A stretch of DNA of 64,000 nt from Acidobacteriota bacterium (lineage in GTDB: Bacteria; Acidobacteriota; Terriglobia; 2-12-FULL-54-10), in the NCBI GenBank assembly GCA_016191085.1, contig JACPPJ010000012.1:281-64280 (forward strand), written 5' to 3'. The translations under genes and the position numbers were made by a program. Below the pieces are notes generated by a model. That model made no database searches and had not been told where the DNA came from. It saw nothing but the letters and a program-made list of their open reading frames with translations. Below, in pieces: positions 47,141-55,978 of this stretch (positions are counted from its first letter, which is position 1; each line of letters opens with the position of its first letter).

Positions 47141-48239
47141 CAGGCTGATCGTTTCCAACCTCGTAATGCGCCCCGTCCGCACTTTGGTATCCATCACGGC
47201 CGTCGCCGTGGAGGTAATCCTCATTATCATGGTTGTGGGTCTCACACACGGCACACTACAGGATAGCGTGCGGCGAACTCAAGGCGTCGGCGCTGACATC
47301 ATGGTGCAACCTCAGACCACATCCGTATTCATGGGCTTCAGCGGTGCGCCCATGCCGATACAGGTTGGCGATAAGGTCGCGGAGATTCCCAACGTGCGCG
47401 CCGTGGCACCCGTGATGATTCAGGCCAGCTCCGGCTCGGGCATTACGCTGATCTACGGCATCGATCCCGAAAGCTTCCGCGCCGTGAGCGGCGGTTTCAG
47501 ATTTCTTGAAGGGCATGATTTGCAGAACCCCGATGAGGTTCTCGTCGACGATATCTACGCCCGCTCGCAAGAGGGCGGCGTCCGCGTGGGCGACACCATC
47601 ACACTGCTGAATCACCCGTTTCGTCTCGCGGGTGTCGTCGAACATGGGAAAGGCGCGCGCATATTCGTCCGCCTTGATACGCTTCAGGACCTGATGGGTT
47701 CTGTCGGGAAAGCGTCAGTCTTTTTCGTGAAGCTCGCGGGCAGCGCTAGTACGGCTGCCGTAGTAAGCGATATCCAGCGGCTGCTGCCCGGATACCAGAT
47801 ACGAAATATGGAGGAGTACCTGTCATTGATGACGGTGCAAAACATCCCAGGGTTGGGTGATTTTATCAACGTCATGATCGGGCTGGCAGTGGCGATCGGT
47901 TTGCTCGTGATCTTTATCACCATGTACTCAACAATTGTGGAGCGGACACGCGAGATCGGCATCCTCAAATCAATGGGTGCGTCGAACAGGTACATCGTGG
48001 AAATCGTTCTGCGCGAGACTACGTTTTTGACTGTCTTCGGCATCGGAGCGGGAATCGGTCTGAGCTACCTCGTGCGGCGGATCCTGCTGCACTCGTTCCC
48101 AAGTCTGAATGTACTGATCACGGGGGATTGGATGCTCCGCGCCGCCCTGATCGCATTTGCGGCGAGCCTCCTGGGCGCGTGCTATCCTGCGTTTCGCGCT
48201 ACGCGTCAGGACGCCATCGAGGCGCTCGCTTACGAATAG
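47133..48239 (+). CDS. ABC transporter permease, FtsX/MacB/LolCE-type
   Basis: One N-terminal TM helix, a large periplasmic domain and a C-terminal FtsX-type 3-TM bundle (TREIGILKSMGAS). Confidence 0.85.
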   Translation: MVNRLIVSNLVMRPVRTLVSITAVAVEVILIIMVVGLTHGTLQDSVRRTQGVGADIMVQPQTTSVFMGFSGAPMPIQVGDKVAEIPNVRAVAPVMIQASSGSGITLIYGIDPESFRAVSGGFRFLEGHDLQNPDEVLVDDIYARSQEGGVRVGDTITLLNHPFRLAGVVEHGKGARIFVRLDTLQDLMGSVGKASVFFVKLAGSASTAAVVSDIQRLLPGYQIRNMEEYLSLMTVQNIPGLGDFINVMIGLAVAIGLLVIFITMYSTIVERTREIGILKSMGASNRYIVEIVLRETTFLTVFGIGAGIGLSYLVRRILLHSFPSLNVLITGDWMLRAALIAFAASLLGACYPAFRATRQDAIEALAYE

Positions 48240-48293
48240 GCAGGTCTTCTCAGAGTCCTTGCTGCGTCTGATGGAGTTTGCAAGCTACAGCTC

Positions 48294-48971
48294 ATGGCTG
48301 AGATTATTCGCGTCGACAATCTGCGGAAGGTTTATCGCCTCGGGCGGGTGGAAGTCCCCGCCCTGCGAGGCGTAAACGTGACTGTGCAGGAAGGGGAGTT
48401 CCTCTCCATCGTGGGTCCGTCCGGCTGCGGCAAATCAACTTTGCTCTATACCATTGGAGGGCTGACCAAACCCAGCTCGGGCAAGGTGATCTTGGACGGC
48501 GACGACTTAGGCCAGATGAATGAAGCGCAACGCACGGAAGTGCGCCGCAAGAAAATCGGATTCATCTTTCAACGCTTCAACCTCCTGCCCACCCTCAGCG
48601 CTTACGGCAATATCGCGCTTGCTGCCCACATAGCCGGCATGAAGAACGGCGCGCTAGGGCCCGAATTAGACTCCATTGCGAAGCTGCTAGGCCTGGAGCA
48701 CCGCCTCCAGCACCATCCGGGCGAGCTCTCCGGAGGCGAGCAGCAGCGAGTGGCCATCGCCAGAGCTGTCATCACTCGCCCCAAGATCCTTCTCGCCGAC
48801 GAGCCCACCGGTAATCTCGACACTGAGAACTCCGACCTGGTGCTGAACCTCCTCAAAGACCTCAATCAGAAGATGGGCCAGACCATCATGATGATTACGC
48901 ACAACCCGGAGGTCGCCATCTACAGCGACCGCATCGTTAATATGCGCGACGGCCACGTGCTGGAGAGCTAG
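48294..48971 (+). CDS. ABC transporter ATP-binding protein (LolD/MacB-type)
   Basis: Walker [12 protein letters not shown], signature [14 protein letters not shown] and Walker [13 protein letters not shown]. Confidence 0.9.
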   Translation: MAEIIRVDNLRKVYRLGRVEVPALRGVNVTVQEGEFLSIVGPSGCGKSTLLYTIGGLTKPSSGKVILDGDDLGQMNEAQRTEVRRKKIGFIFQRFNLLPTLSAYGNIALAAHIAGMKNGALGPELDSIAKLLGLEHRLQHHPGELSGGEQQRVAIARAVITRPKILLADEPTGNLDTENSDLVLNLLKDLNQKMGQTIMMITHNPEVAIYSDRIVNMRDGHVLES

Positions 48972-49037
48972 GTGGTGGAGAACACCAGCACCGAAGAACC
49001 ACTATCCAACCGCTGCTTCTTCGCGTAAACTGATGCC

Positions 49038-49409
49038 ATGCTGCGTAGATTAGGCCTTGCAATCTATCGCGCGTTCTTCTGGACTTACGAGCGCGGGACG
49101 TGGCAATACGACCTGATGGTGATCGCCATCCTGGCCTTTATCTTTCTCACCCCGCGTGCATGGTTCCACGACAAGCCGTTAGTCTCGACCGAGACAAATG
49201 ACGTCGTTCTGCTGCAGATCGACCACTCCCACAAGAAATATCAACTTCGCGCCGCGCTAATAGACGGCAGGATCGACGCCTCTTTAGAGCAAGGCGTGCG
49301 GCGCGTGCTACGCGGCTATACGGGTCATCCTGTGCAGATTACCAGGATCCAGCCGGCGATGGATGCTCGGGGGCAGGTGATCAGCTATGAAGTTTGGGTT
49401 CGGGAATAG
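49038..49409 (+). CDS. Hypothetical membrane-anchored protein
   Basis: 123-aa ORF with one TM helix (LMVIAILAFIFLTP). It lies in the operon position between the ABC ATPase and the LolA-like gene. No recognisable domain. Confidence 0.45.
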   Translation: MLRRLGLAIYRAFFWTYERGTWQYDLMVIAILAFIFLTPRAWFHDKPLVSTETNDVVLLQIDHSHKKYQLRAALIDGRIDASLEQGVRRVLRGYTGHPVQITRIQPAMDARGQVISYEVWVRE

Positions 49410-50163
49410 CCATCCCGGTGCTGTATTCCGGCGCGTCCTCGCTGCGAATTATTGCAGCGGGCGCGCTGTTGCTGCCCGGTTGTTGCTCGCGCTCTTTGTG
49501 GCCGCTTGCAACGCGCAGACATCCACCGCTCCCGCAGGCACTGCCAAGCTCGATGATGTGCTCGCAAATTTGGACAAGTCCGCTGCGAAGTTCACCAGTT
49601 TAGTCGCCGATCTCGACTACACCAAAGTCACTGTCATTGTGAACGATCGTTCTACTCAGAACGGGCGCATCTTCTTTGAAAAGTCCGGCGGGAAGACTCG
49701 CGTGATGATTGCCTTTAAGAAACCTGCGGAGAAATACGTGCTGTTTGCGAGCGGCAAAGTGTCCCTCTACCAGCCGAAGATCGCCGAAGTCCAGGAATAT
49801 CAGTTGTCCGAGCGCCAGGACTTGGTGGAGCAGTTTCTGTTATTGGGATTCGGCACGCCCGGCACGGAGTTGCGGAAAGGCTACGAGGTCGAGTTTAAAG
49901 GCTCAGAGAATATCGCAGGACAAGATGCTTACCTTCTGGACCTGACCCCCAAATCGCAAAAAGTCGCGGCGCAGCTCCAGCGCATCCAGCTTTGGATATC
50001 GCCGCAAAATTGGGAGCCGGTTCAGCAGAAGTTTTTTGAGCCCGGTGGCGATTACGTCATTTCGCTCTACAGCAACATGAAACTGAACACCAAGATCCCG
50101 GACAAAGAGTTCCGCCTGCCGCTCAAAGGCAAAGTGCGGACAGTTCGGCCCCAAGCGCTTTAA
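49387..50163 (+). CDS. LolA-like outer-membrane lipoprotein carrier / sorting family protein
   Basis: Signal peptide followed by LolA-like blocks (FTSLVADLDYTKVTVIVNDRSTQNGRIFFEKSGGKTRVMIAF, KVSLYQPKIAEVQEYQL). Confidence 0.65.
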   Translation: MKFGFGNSHPGAVFRRVLAANYCSGRAVAARLLLALFVAACNAQTSTAPAGTAKLDDVLANLDKSAAKFTSLVADLDYTKVTVIVNDRSTQNGRIFFEKSGGKTRVMIAFKKPAEKYVLFASGKVSLYQPKIAEVQEYQLSERQDLVEQFLLLGFGTPGTELRKGYEVEFKGSENIAGQDAYLLDLTPKSQKVAAQLQRIQLWISPQNWEPVQQKFFEPGGDYVISLYSNMKLNTKIPDKEFRLPLKGKVRTVRPQAL

Positions 50164-50269
50164 TTTCCATTTACTCTTACCCACACCTGATCGAAGGAGA
50201 ACCCGATTATGCCCCCTTTAGTAGAGCCTTTCCTGGCGGAGCTAGACAACTCGCAGGCTGCTCGAACGA

Positions 50270-50698
50270 GTGCCGGATGAAAAGCTGGGCTGGAAGCCGC
50301 ATGAGAAATCCATGTCATTAGGCCAGCTTGCGACGCATGTCGCGACGCTTCCCGGCGGCTTGGCTCAGATTCTCATGAACGATTCATTCGATATTGCCGG
50401 CGCAAGGCCATCAGGCGAAGCCACGTCATCAGCGGAACTGGTTTCATCGCTAAAAGAAAGCGTGCTGACAGCGCGGCGCTTGATTGGCAGTCTAGACGAT
50501 CGAAAAGCGATGTCGAACTGGAAGATGGTCAACGGCGGGAAGGACATCTTGGTGATGCCCCGAATCGCCATGATTCGTTACGTAATGCTGAACCATTGGT
50601 ATCACCATCGCGGGCAGTTGTCGGTTTACCTTCGGCTTTTAAACGTTCCCATCCCTTCTATCTACGGTCCCAGCGCGGACGAGAATCCGTTTAAGTAG
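50270..50698 (+). CDS. DinB-family (DinB_2-like) protein; the 5' end is apparently frameshifted
   Basis: VPDEKLGWKPHEKSMSLGQLATHVATLPG and HWYHHRGQLSVYLR are typical motifs. A better-placed ATG at 50209 (with AGGAGA at 50195..50200) is in another frame. Confidence 0.7.
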   Translation: MPDEKLGWKPHEKSMSLGQLATHVATLPGGLAQILMNDSFDIAGARPSGEATSSAELVSSLKESVLTARRLIGSLDDRKAMSNWKMVNGGKDILVMPRIAMIRYVMLNHWYHHRGQLSVYLRLLNVPIPSIYGPSADENPFK

Positions 50699-50711
50699 TG
50701 CAAAACAGAAA

Positions 50712-50745
50712 AACGGGGAATCGGCTCTAACCGAGTCCCCGTTTC
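50712..50745 (+). terminator. Hairpin after the DinB-family gene (candidate terminator)
   Basis: AACGGGGAATCGG-CTCTAA-CCGAGTCCCCGTTT is a long imperfect stem, followed by only a short T run. Confidence 0.5.
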
Positions 50746-51216
50746 CGGTAAGCTGTGGAGATTTGCCTGAGGCGGTCGGCTCGAGTGAGCGCAACCCGCA
50801 GGTGGCATTCTCGCAGCAGGAGCTTTCGTGTCCTGAGAAGGGCAGCGGAAAGCTCTTGAGCCGAGCGCCTAAGCCTCAGCCACCTCACTAGGTCTACAAT
50901 CATCTGTCATTGGACCACCTCCTTTCCAGTGTACTTCCATGGTAAGCGGGCCTGGAAGGCGAGTCAAGGGATCAATTACGTTCAACCGTCGGCGAGCAAT
51001 AGCTACCCGGAGCCATGGCCACGCGCCGCAGCGCTTTGCCTGTGATCCGCCGCCATGAGCAAATCCGAAGCCCACTCCACTGCAGCGCGAGGTGTAGGGA
51101 ATCGGACGATCGCAGCGGTCAAGCTTCGATTAGAAAAAATTGCCCGGTTCTTTACAGTTGGGGAATGTTGCCAAAATTAGCGGTTTTTTCGGGCAGGCGC
51201 CTGTCACTCTCACAGC

Positions 51217-51384
51217 CTACCGCTTGCGGCTTAGTAATGCGCTCCGTTTCTGCGGTGATTGGCGTGGCGTACAAGCTTTATGAATAAGTTCGCCATGGAA
51301 GTCCGCCGACTCCTGATTGCTGATTACCGGCCGCTTGCATTGCCCGCAGATTCCACGGTTTTCTAAGACTCCAGATGTTGTCAT
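51217..51384 (-). CDS. Putative 55-aa zinc-finger protein
   Basis: ATG preceded by AGAGGAAA. The sequence is MTTSGVLENRGICGQCKRPVISNQESADFHGELIHKAC..., which contains C-X2-C-X18-H-X2-C. There is no other support. Confidence 0.35.
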   Translation of the reverse strand: MTTSGVLENRGICGQCKRPVISNQESADFHGELIHKACTPRQSPQKRSALLSRKR

Positions 51385-51545
51385 GGGTTTCCTCTTCACT
51401 AGAACGATTGTATCACTTTCTTTCGGCCTCCGTGAGTCCAATGCATAATCACCTCTTGTTTTCATGTGGATCGTACACTCTTGCACAGAGGCGTACATCG
51501 TGTGCGGCCGGGGCGAGGATGACCGTACCGTCAGTTTATGCGTGA

Positions 51546-51980
51546 TCATACCCTGTACGTGTCGGCACGCCAGTTCTTGATGGCGCGTTTGATTTGGTCC
51601 GGCGGCAGATTTTCTTCGGCGGCTCTTTGCGCCAGCGCCACGAACTCTTCGTCCGGCGCGAAACGCAGCCCAACAATCTGCTTCACCGTGAGCCTTGGAT
51701 CCAGCAACTTACCCGTGAGCACATAATGGCGCAGGTTCTCTTCGGCACGTATTGCCCGGTCCTGCGCTTTGAGCGCAAAGATGCGGCAGAAGAAAAACAA
51801 AATCAGAAGCGCGATCATGATGGCCACAATCAATGACGCGCTGTAGAGCCGCTGATGATCTCCTATCGAGTTGTAGAGATTGACGAGTGAACCAATCAAC
51901 GTGAGCACGATAATGCCGAACAGAATTGCGTGGAACGCCGGCACAAAGCGCTGGTGATTTGCGTAGTTTTGGGTCTCCAT
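51546..51980 (-). CDS. Conserved two-TM membrane protein (DUF6526-like, from memory)
   Basis: METQNYANHQRFVPAFHAILFGIIVLTLIGSLVNLY, a second TM helix, and a soluble C-terminal region. Confidence 0.55.
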   Translation of the reverse strand: METQNYANHQRFVPAFHAILFGIIVLTLIGSLVNLYNSIGDHQRLYSASLIVAIMIALLILFFFCRIFALKAQDRAIRAEENLRHYVLTGKLLDPRLTVKQIVGLRFAPDEEFVALAQRAAEENLPPDQIKRAIKNWRADTYRV

Positions 51981-52195
51981 TGCTGCACTGACCTTTCCGG
52001 GTTTTCCAGGTTGGGCGCATAGGTGTAGTCCGTGTTACAGAGAGATTAAATTTGCACGACTACTAACGTTGCGCGCCTGGGGGCAACCACACACAGTCGT
52101 TCGGCAGGATCATACGCCGGAAAGGGATGAGCATACAAGCGCGTCGTGGGGGTCCGGGTTGATAGAGCGTGAAGAGCGACTCTGAAGATGCTAGT

Positions 52196-52603
52196 CTACA
52201 AGGTCGTATGTCGCTCGGATTCCGCTGTCGCGTCGCGTTCGGCCTGGTGCTTGACGCAATAGCGGGCCCAAGGAACGGCTTCGAGGCGAATCGGGTCGAT
52301 CGGTTCACCGTCTTGCTCGCAGATGCCGTAGGTACCCTCTTGCAGACGACGCAGCGCATGTTGCACTTCGTTCAGGAGTTGAGTGTCACGGTCGACCTGC
52401 GCGAACAGAGTTTCCTTGCGATGGGAGAGAACGCTTTCGTCCGCCGGATCGAGGGCGCCAGGCTCAAGTTGTTCGCGGGCACTTGCGGCTGCTCGCTTCA
52501 GATCTGCCTGCAGCTGCGATTGTCTCTGTAACAGTGCTCTGCGATATCTTTCCTTCTGCGTCCCCGCGTCTTTATCCGCGAAGCCATTCGCTACCGCGGC
52601 CAT
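52196..52603 (-). CDS. DksA/TraR-family regulator (incomplete Cys4 finger)
   Basis: Coiled-coil N-terminal part, then LRRLQEGTYGICEQDGEPIDPIRLEAVPWARYCVKHQ, a DksA C-terminal pattern with only two Cys residues. Confidence 0.8.
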   Translation of the reverse strand: MAAVANGFADKDAGTQKERYRRALLQRQSQLQADLKRAAASAREQLEPGALDPADESVLSHRKETLFAQVDRDTQLLNEVQHALRRLQEGTYGICEQDGEPIDPIRLEAVPWARYCVKHQAERDATAESERHTTL

Positions 52604-52779
52604 CTCGCGCTCCTTTCGCAGTCACTCAGACTCACTCTCGGGTGATTCTAACACACAGCGCATGCGTGTCTAAGGCGCTCAAACATACGCGCAGTGCGCC
52701 TGCAAGTGCTTTCCCGCCCATCTAAATCATTTGACGCGCCGTTTATCTTGCTTGGACGCACCGTTCGGAAGAGGAACTG

Positions 52780-54396
52780 GTGAAATCTCTGCAAAATATT
52801 CCAATCGAAGGGTCGGATACAAATCCGAATCCGGAGACGTATCGCCAGAAGCGCGATTTTTCTAAAACGCCCGAGCCGCCGCCCAGCCTGCCGCGCCGCG
52901 GCGCGCAAGGCGGCCGAGGGCGATTCGTGATCCAGAAACATGCGGCCAGTCACCTGCATTACGACTTCCGCCTGGAAATGGACGGCGCGCTGAAATCGTG
53001 GGCGGTACCCAAGGGCCCGCCGTACAACACCGCCGAGAAGCGGCTGGCCATGGCGACCGAGGACCACCCCATCGAGTATCTCGATTTCGAAGGCATCATC
53101 CCCAAGGGCCAATACGGCGGCGGAACCGTGATGGTGTGGGACATCGGCACTTACGAACTGATCGACGGGAACTATCACAAAGGCCACCTCCATATTTATC
53201 TGGAAGGGAAAAAGCTGCGCGGAGAATGGCACCTAGTCCGCACAAAGCAAGCAGACGGAAGGAGCTGGCTGCTGATCAAGGCGGGCAGCGACATGCGTCC
53301 GGTGTCGGCGAAGCGGGATGATTCCTCGGCTCTGTCCGGCCGCACGATGGCCCAGATCGCCAAGGCAGCTCTTGTTACAGCACCAAAAGCTGCGCCGCAG
53401 CACGAGCCAGGGCCCAAACTTAAATCGCTCCCTACGGCGAAGCTCGACTTCGTTGAACCCATGATGGCAAAGCTTGTGGGGCATCTTCCCGAAGGCGGGG
53501 AGTGGCAGTACGAAATCAAGTTGGATGGCTATCGCGCGCTGTGCGTGAAAAACGCAGCAGGCAAAGTAACGCTATTTTCACGCCGGGGCAACCGGCTGAA
53601 CGAGAAGTTTCCTCTGGCCGCCGCGTTCGACGAACTTCCCGACGGCAGCATCGTGGATGGCGAAATTGTAGTGCTCGATGCTGAAGGCAGGCCGTCGTTC
53701 AATGCTCTGCAAAACTGGCACAGGAGCGAGCAGCCCATCTATTTCTACGCTTTCGATCTGCTGGCATACCGCGGAAAGGACGTACGCGGCTTGCTGCTCC
53801 GCGAGAGGCGCCGCTTGCTGGAGGAGTTCGCACTGAAAGGGATGGCCGACCCCGTTCGCATTTCTCAGACCTTCCGCACCTCGGCGGCAGACCTGGTTGC
53901 CGCCGCCAGAGAGCAGGGTCTGGAGGGAGTGATCGCCAAACGGGCCGACAGTGTTTATCAGTCCGGAGAGCGCACCGGCGCATGGGTGAAGTACAAGACG
54001 CATTGCAGCCAGGAACTCGTGATCGGCGGCTATACGCCCGGATCGCATGGCTTTGACGCCTTGCTGGTTGGATACTACAAAGGCGACGAGCTAATCTTCA
54101 TCTCCAAAGTGCGGAATGGATTTGATCCAGCCCTGCGCGAGCAGATCGCGCGCCGCTTTCCGCTGCTCGAAACCAACGTCTGCCCGTTTGCCAACCTGCC
54201 GGAAAAACTAAGCGCACGCCGCGGCGAAGCTCTGACGACTGATGTAATGAAGAAATGCCATTGGCTGAAACCCACGCTGGTGGCACAGTTCGAGTTCGCC
54301 GAGTGGACCGCCGCCGACCACCTCCGCCACGCCCGCTTCGCAGGACTGCGCGACGACAAAGAACCCCGTGAAGTTATAAAGGAAGTAGCGGCGTAA
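52780..54396 (+). CDS. ligD: LigD-type NHEJ enzyme: 3'-phosphoesterase domain plus ATP-dependent DNA ligase domain (no polymerase domain)
   Basis: PE domain: YRQKRDFSKTPEP...RFVIQKHAASHLHYDFRLEMDGALKSWAVPKGP. Ligase motif I: EIKLDGYRAL, followed by an OB domain. Confidence 0.85.
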   Translation: MKSLQNIPIEGSDTNPNPETYRQKRDFSKTPEPPPSLPRRGAQGGRGRFVIQKHAASHLHYDFRLEMDGALKSWAVPKGPPYNTAEKRLAMATEDHPIEYLDFEGIIPKGQYGGGTVMVWDIGTYELIDGNYHKGHLHIYLEGKKLRGEWHLVRTKQADGRSWLLIKAGSDMRPVSAKRDDSSALSGRTMAQIAKAALVTAPKAAPQHEPGPKLKSLPTAKLDFVEPMMAKLVGHLPEGGEWQYEIKLDGYRALCVKNAAGKVTLFSRRGNRLNEKFPLAAAFDELPDGSIVDGEIVVLDAEGRPSFNALQNWHRSEQPIYFYAFDLLAYRGKDVRGLLLRERRRLLEEFALKGMADPVRISQTFRTSAADLVAAAREQGLEGVIAKRADSVYQSGERTGAWVKYKTHCSQELVIGGYTPGSHGFDALLVGYYKGDELIFISKVRNGFDPALREQIARRFPLLETNVCPFANLPEKLSARRGEALTTDVMKKCHWLKPTLVAQFEFAEWTAADHLRHARFAGLRDDKEPREVIKEVAA

Positions 54397-54525
54397 CAGA
54401 GCCTGATCTGAGCCGCGCGCGTAGCGAGGCGGGCGCGATATGGTGCTTGGAATTTGGGCTTTGAATCGCGGCACCTTTTATCTGCATCTAACTTGTGATC
54501 CTATGACGCGCGCGTAAGAAGTTTC

Positions 54526-55644
54526 ATGTCAACGCTGCAAGAAGTCCTATCAGAACACGTCCGAGAGGGCGAGCTGTACGAATCCATTGACCGTGGGCGG
54601 GTGCGCTGCTATGCCTGCGGGCACTGCTGCCCCATTCCTGAAGGCCAGCTCGGAGTGTGCAAGGTTCGTTTCAATCGCGGCGGCAAGCTTTATGTACCTT
54701 GGGGGTATGTAGGCGGCGTGCAGTGTGATCCGATTGAGAAAAAGCCATTCTTCCATGCCTACCCTGGTGCGTTGGCGTTCAGCTTCGGGATGCTCGGCTG
54801 CGACCTGCACTGCTCCTATTGCCAGAACTGGGTGACCTCGCAGGCGCTGCGTGATCCACGGGCGGTCTCGCCACCTCTGGGCGTTGAGCCGGAAGAGTTG
54901 GTTCGCGGCGCGTTGCGCCAGCGCGCCAAAGCGGTCGTGAGCACCTACAACGAGCCGCTCATCACCAGCGAGTGGGCGGTATCCGTCTTCCGCGAGGCTC
55001 GTGCGGCGGGACTCAAGACGGCGTTCGTCTCCAACGGCAACGGTACACCTCAGGTCCTTGAATACCTGCGACCGTGGGTTGATCTCTACAAGGTGGATCT
55101 GAAGAGTTTCGATGACCGCCACTACCATGAGCTGGGCGGCCGCATTCAGCCGATCCTCGATACCATTCGCAGCTTGCATGATATGGGCATCTGGGTCGAG
55201 ATCGTCACGTTGTTGATCCCCGGCTTCAACGACTCCGATGACGAACTGAAGCGGTTGACTGAATTCTTGGCCGGCGTGTCACCGGATCTCCCGTGGCACG
55301 TGACGGCGTTTCACGGCGATTACAAGATGACCGACCCCCGCGACACCACGCCGGAAGACTTGATGCGCGCTGCAGAGTTCGGACGCAACGCTGGCCTGCG
55401 CTACATCTACGCCGGCAACCTGCCGGGCGAGGTCGGTGATCTTGAAGACACGCGGTGCCCCAATTGTCAGACGCTCCTGGTTGAACGCATGGGCTACTTG
55501 ATTACCGGCTACCACCTCACGCCTGAAGGGCGCTGCCCGTCTTGCGCGACGGCCATCCCCGGCCGCTGGGCGCCCTCTTTTGATGGCCAGATCGCCGCGC
55601 GGCCATTCCGGCCGCACGACCACGCCTTCATCGTACGCCAATAG
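54526..55644 (+). CDS. amrS: AmmeMemoRadiSam system radical SAM enzyme
   Basis: N-terminal CYACGHCC...GVCKVR cluster and the radical SAM motif GCDLHCSYCQNW. The length and layout are typical of this family. Confidence 0.85.
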   Translation: MSTLQEVLSEHVREGELYESIDRGRVRCYACGHCCPIPEGQLGVCKVRFNRGGKLYVPWGYVGGVQCDPIEKKPFFHAYPGALAFSFGMLGCDLHCSYCQNWVTSQALRDPRAVSPPLGVEPEELVRGALRQRAKAVVSTYNEPLITSEWAVSVFREARAAGLKTAFVSNGNGTPQVLEYLRPWVDLYKVDLKSFDDRHYHELGGRIQPILDTIRSLHDMGIWVEIVTLLIPGFNDSDDELKRLTEFLAGVSPDLPWHVTAFHGDYKMTDPRDTTPEDLMRAAEFGRNAGLRYIYAGNLPGEVGDLEDTRCPNCQTLLVERMGYLITGYHLTPEGRCPSCATAIPGRWAPSFDGQIAARPFRPHDHAFIVRQ

Positions 55645-55759
55645 TTGCTGCGCCGTCCCTAGCGGCGCTGGTACACGCCTTCCCGCTAATCAACCCGCCA
55701 ATCCCACAGCCCCAGCAAAAACCACTATACTGAGAGTAGTCGGACGAGAGGAGCAGCTT

Positions 55760-55966
55760 TTGAGAATTGTAAGAATCGTCAGCGGATTCGTTATGTTGTT
55801 CGTGGGAGTGGCGGGGCTGATCCTTCCCATCATGCCCGGATGGATTTTCGTCATCCCGGGGCTGGTGGTACTGGGGCGCGAATTCCACTGGGCGCGCCGG
55901 CTGCTGAACCGGCTAAAGAAGTTTCACCCCAAGAATTTTCGATCCAACGCATCGCCCGAAACGTAA
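55760..55966 (+). CDS. Small PGPGW-type membrane protein
   Basis: TTG start preceded by GAGAGGAG. The sequence is FVGVAGLILPIMPGWIFVIPGLVVLGREFHWARRL. Confidence 0.5.
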   Translation: MRIVRIVSGFVMLFVGVAGLILPIMPGWIFVIPGLVVLGREFHWARRLLNRLKKFHPKNFRSNASPET

Positions 55967-55978
55967 CGTTGGTACTTC

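Noticed and set aside
50765-50880. Calling this element the SRP (4.5S) RNA gene.
   Set aside because: Only the apical GNRA loop and a GCAGC segment resemble domain IV. A 35-nt unpaired branch and the absence of the usual AGCA/GGAA arrangement prevent a confident call, and the strand is undetermined.
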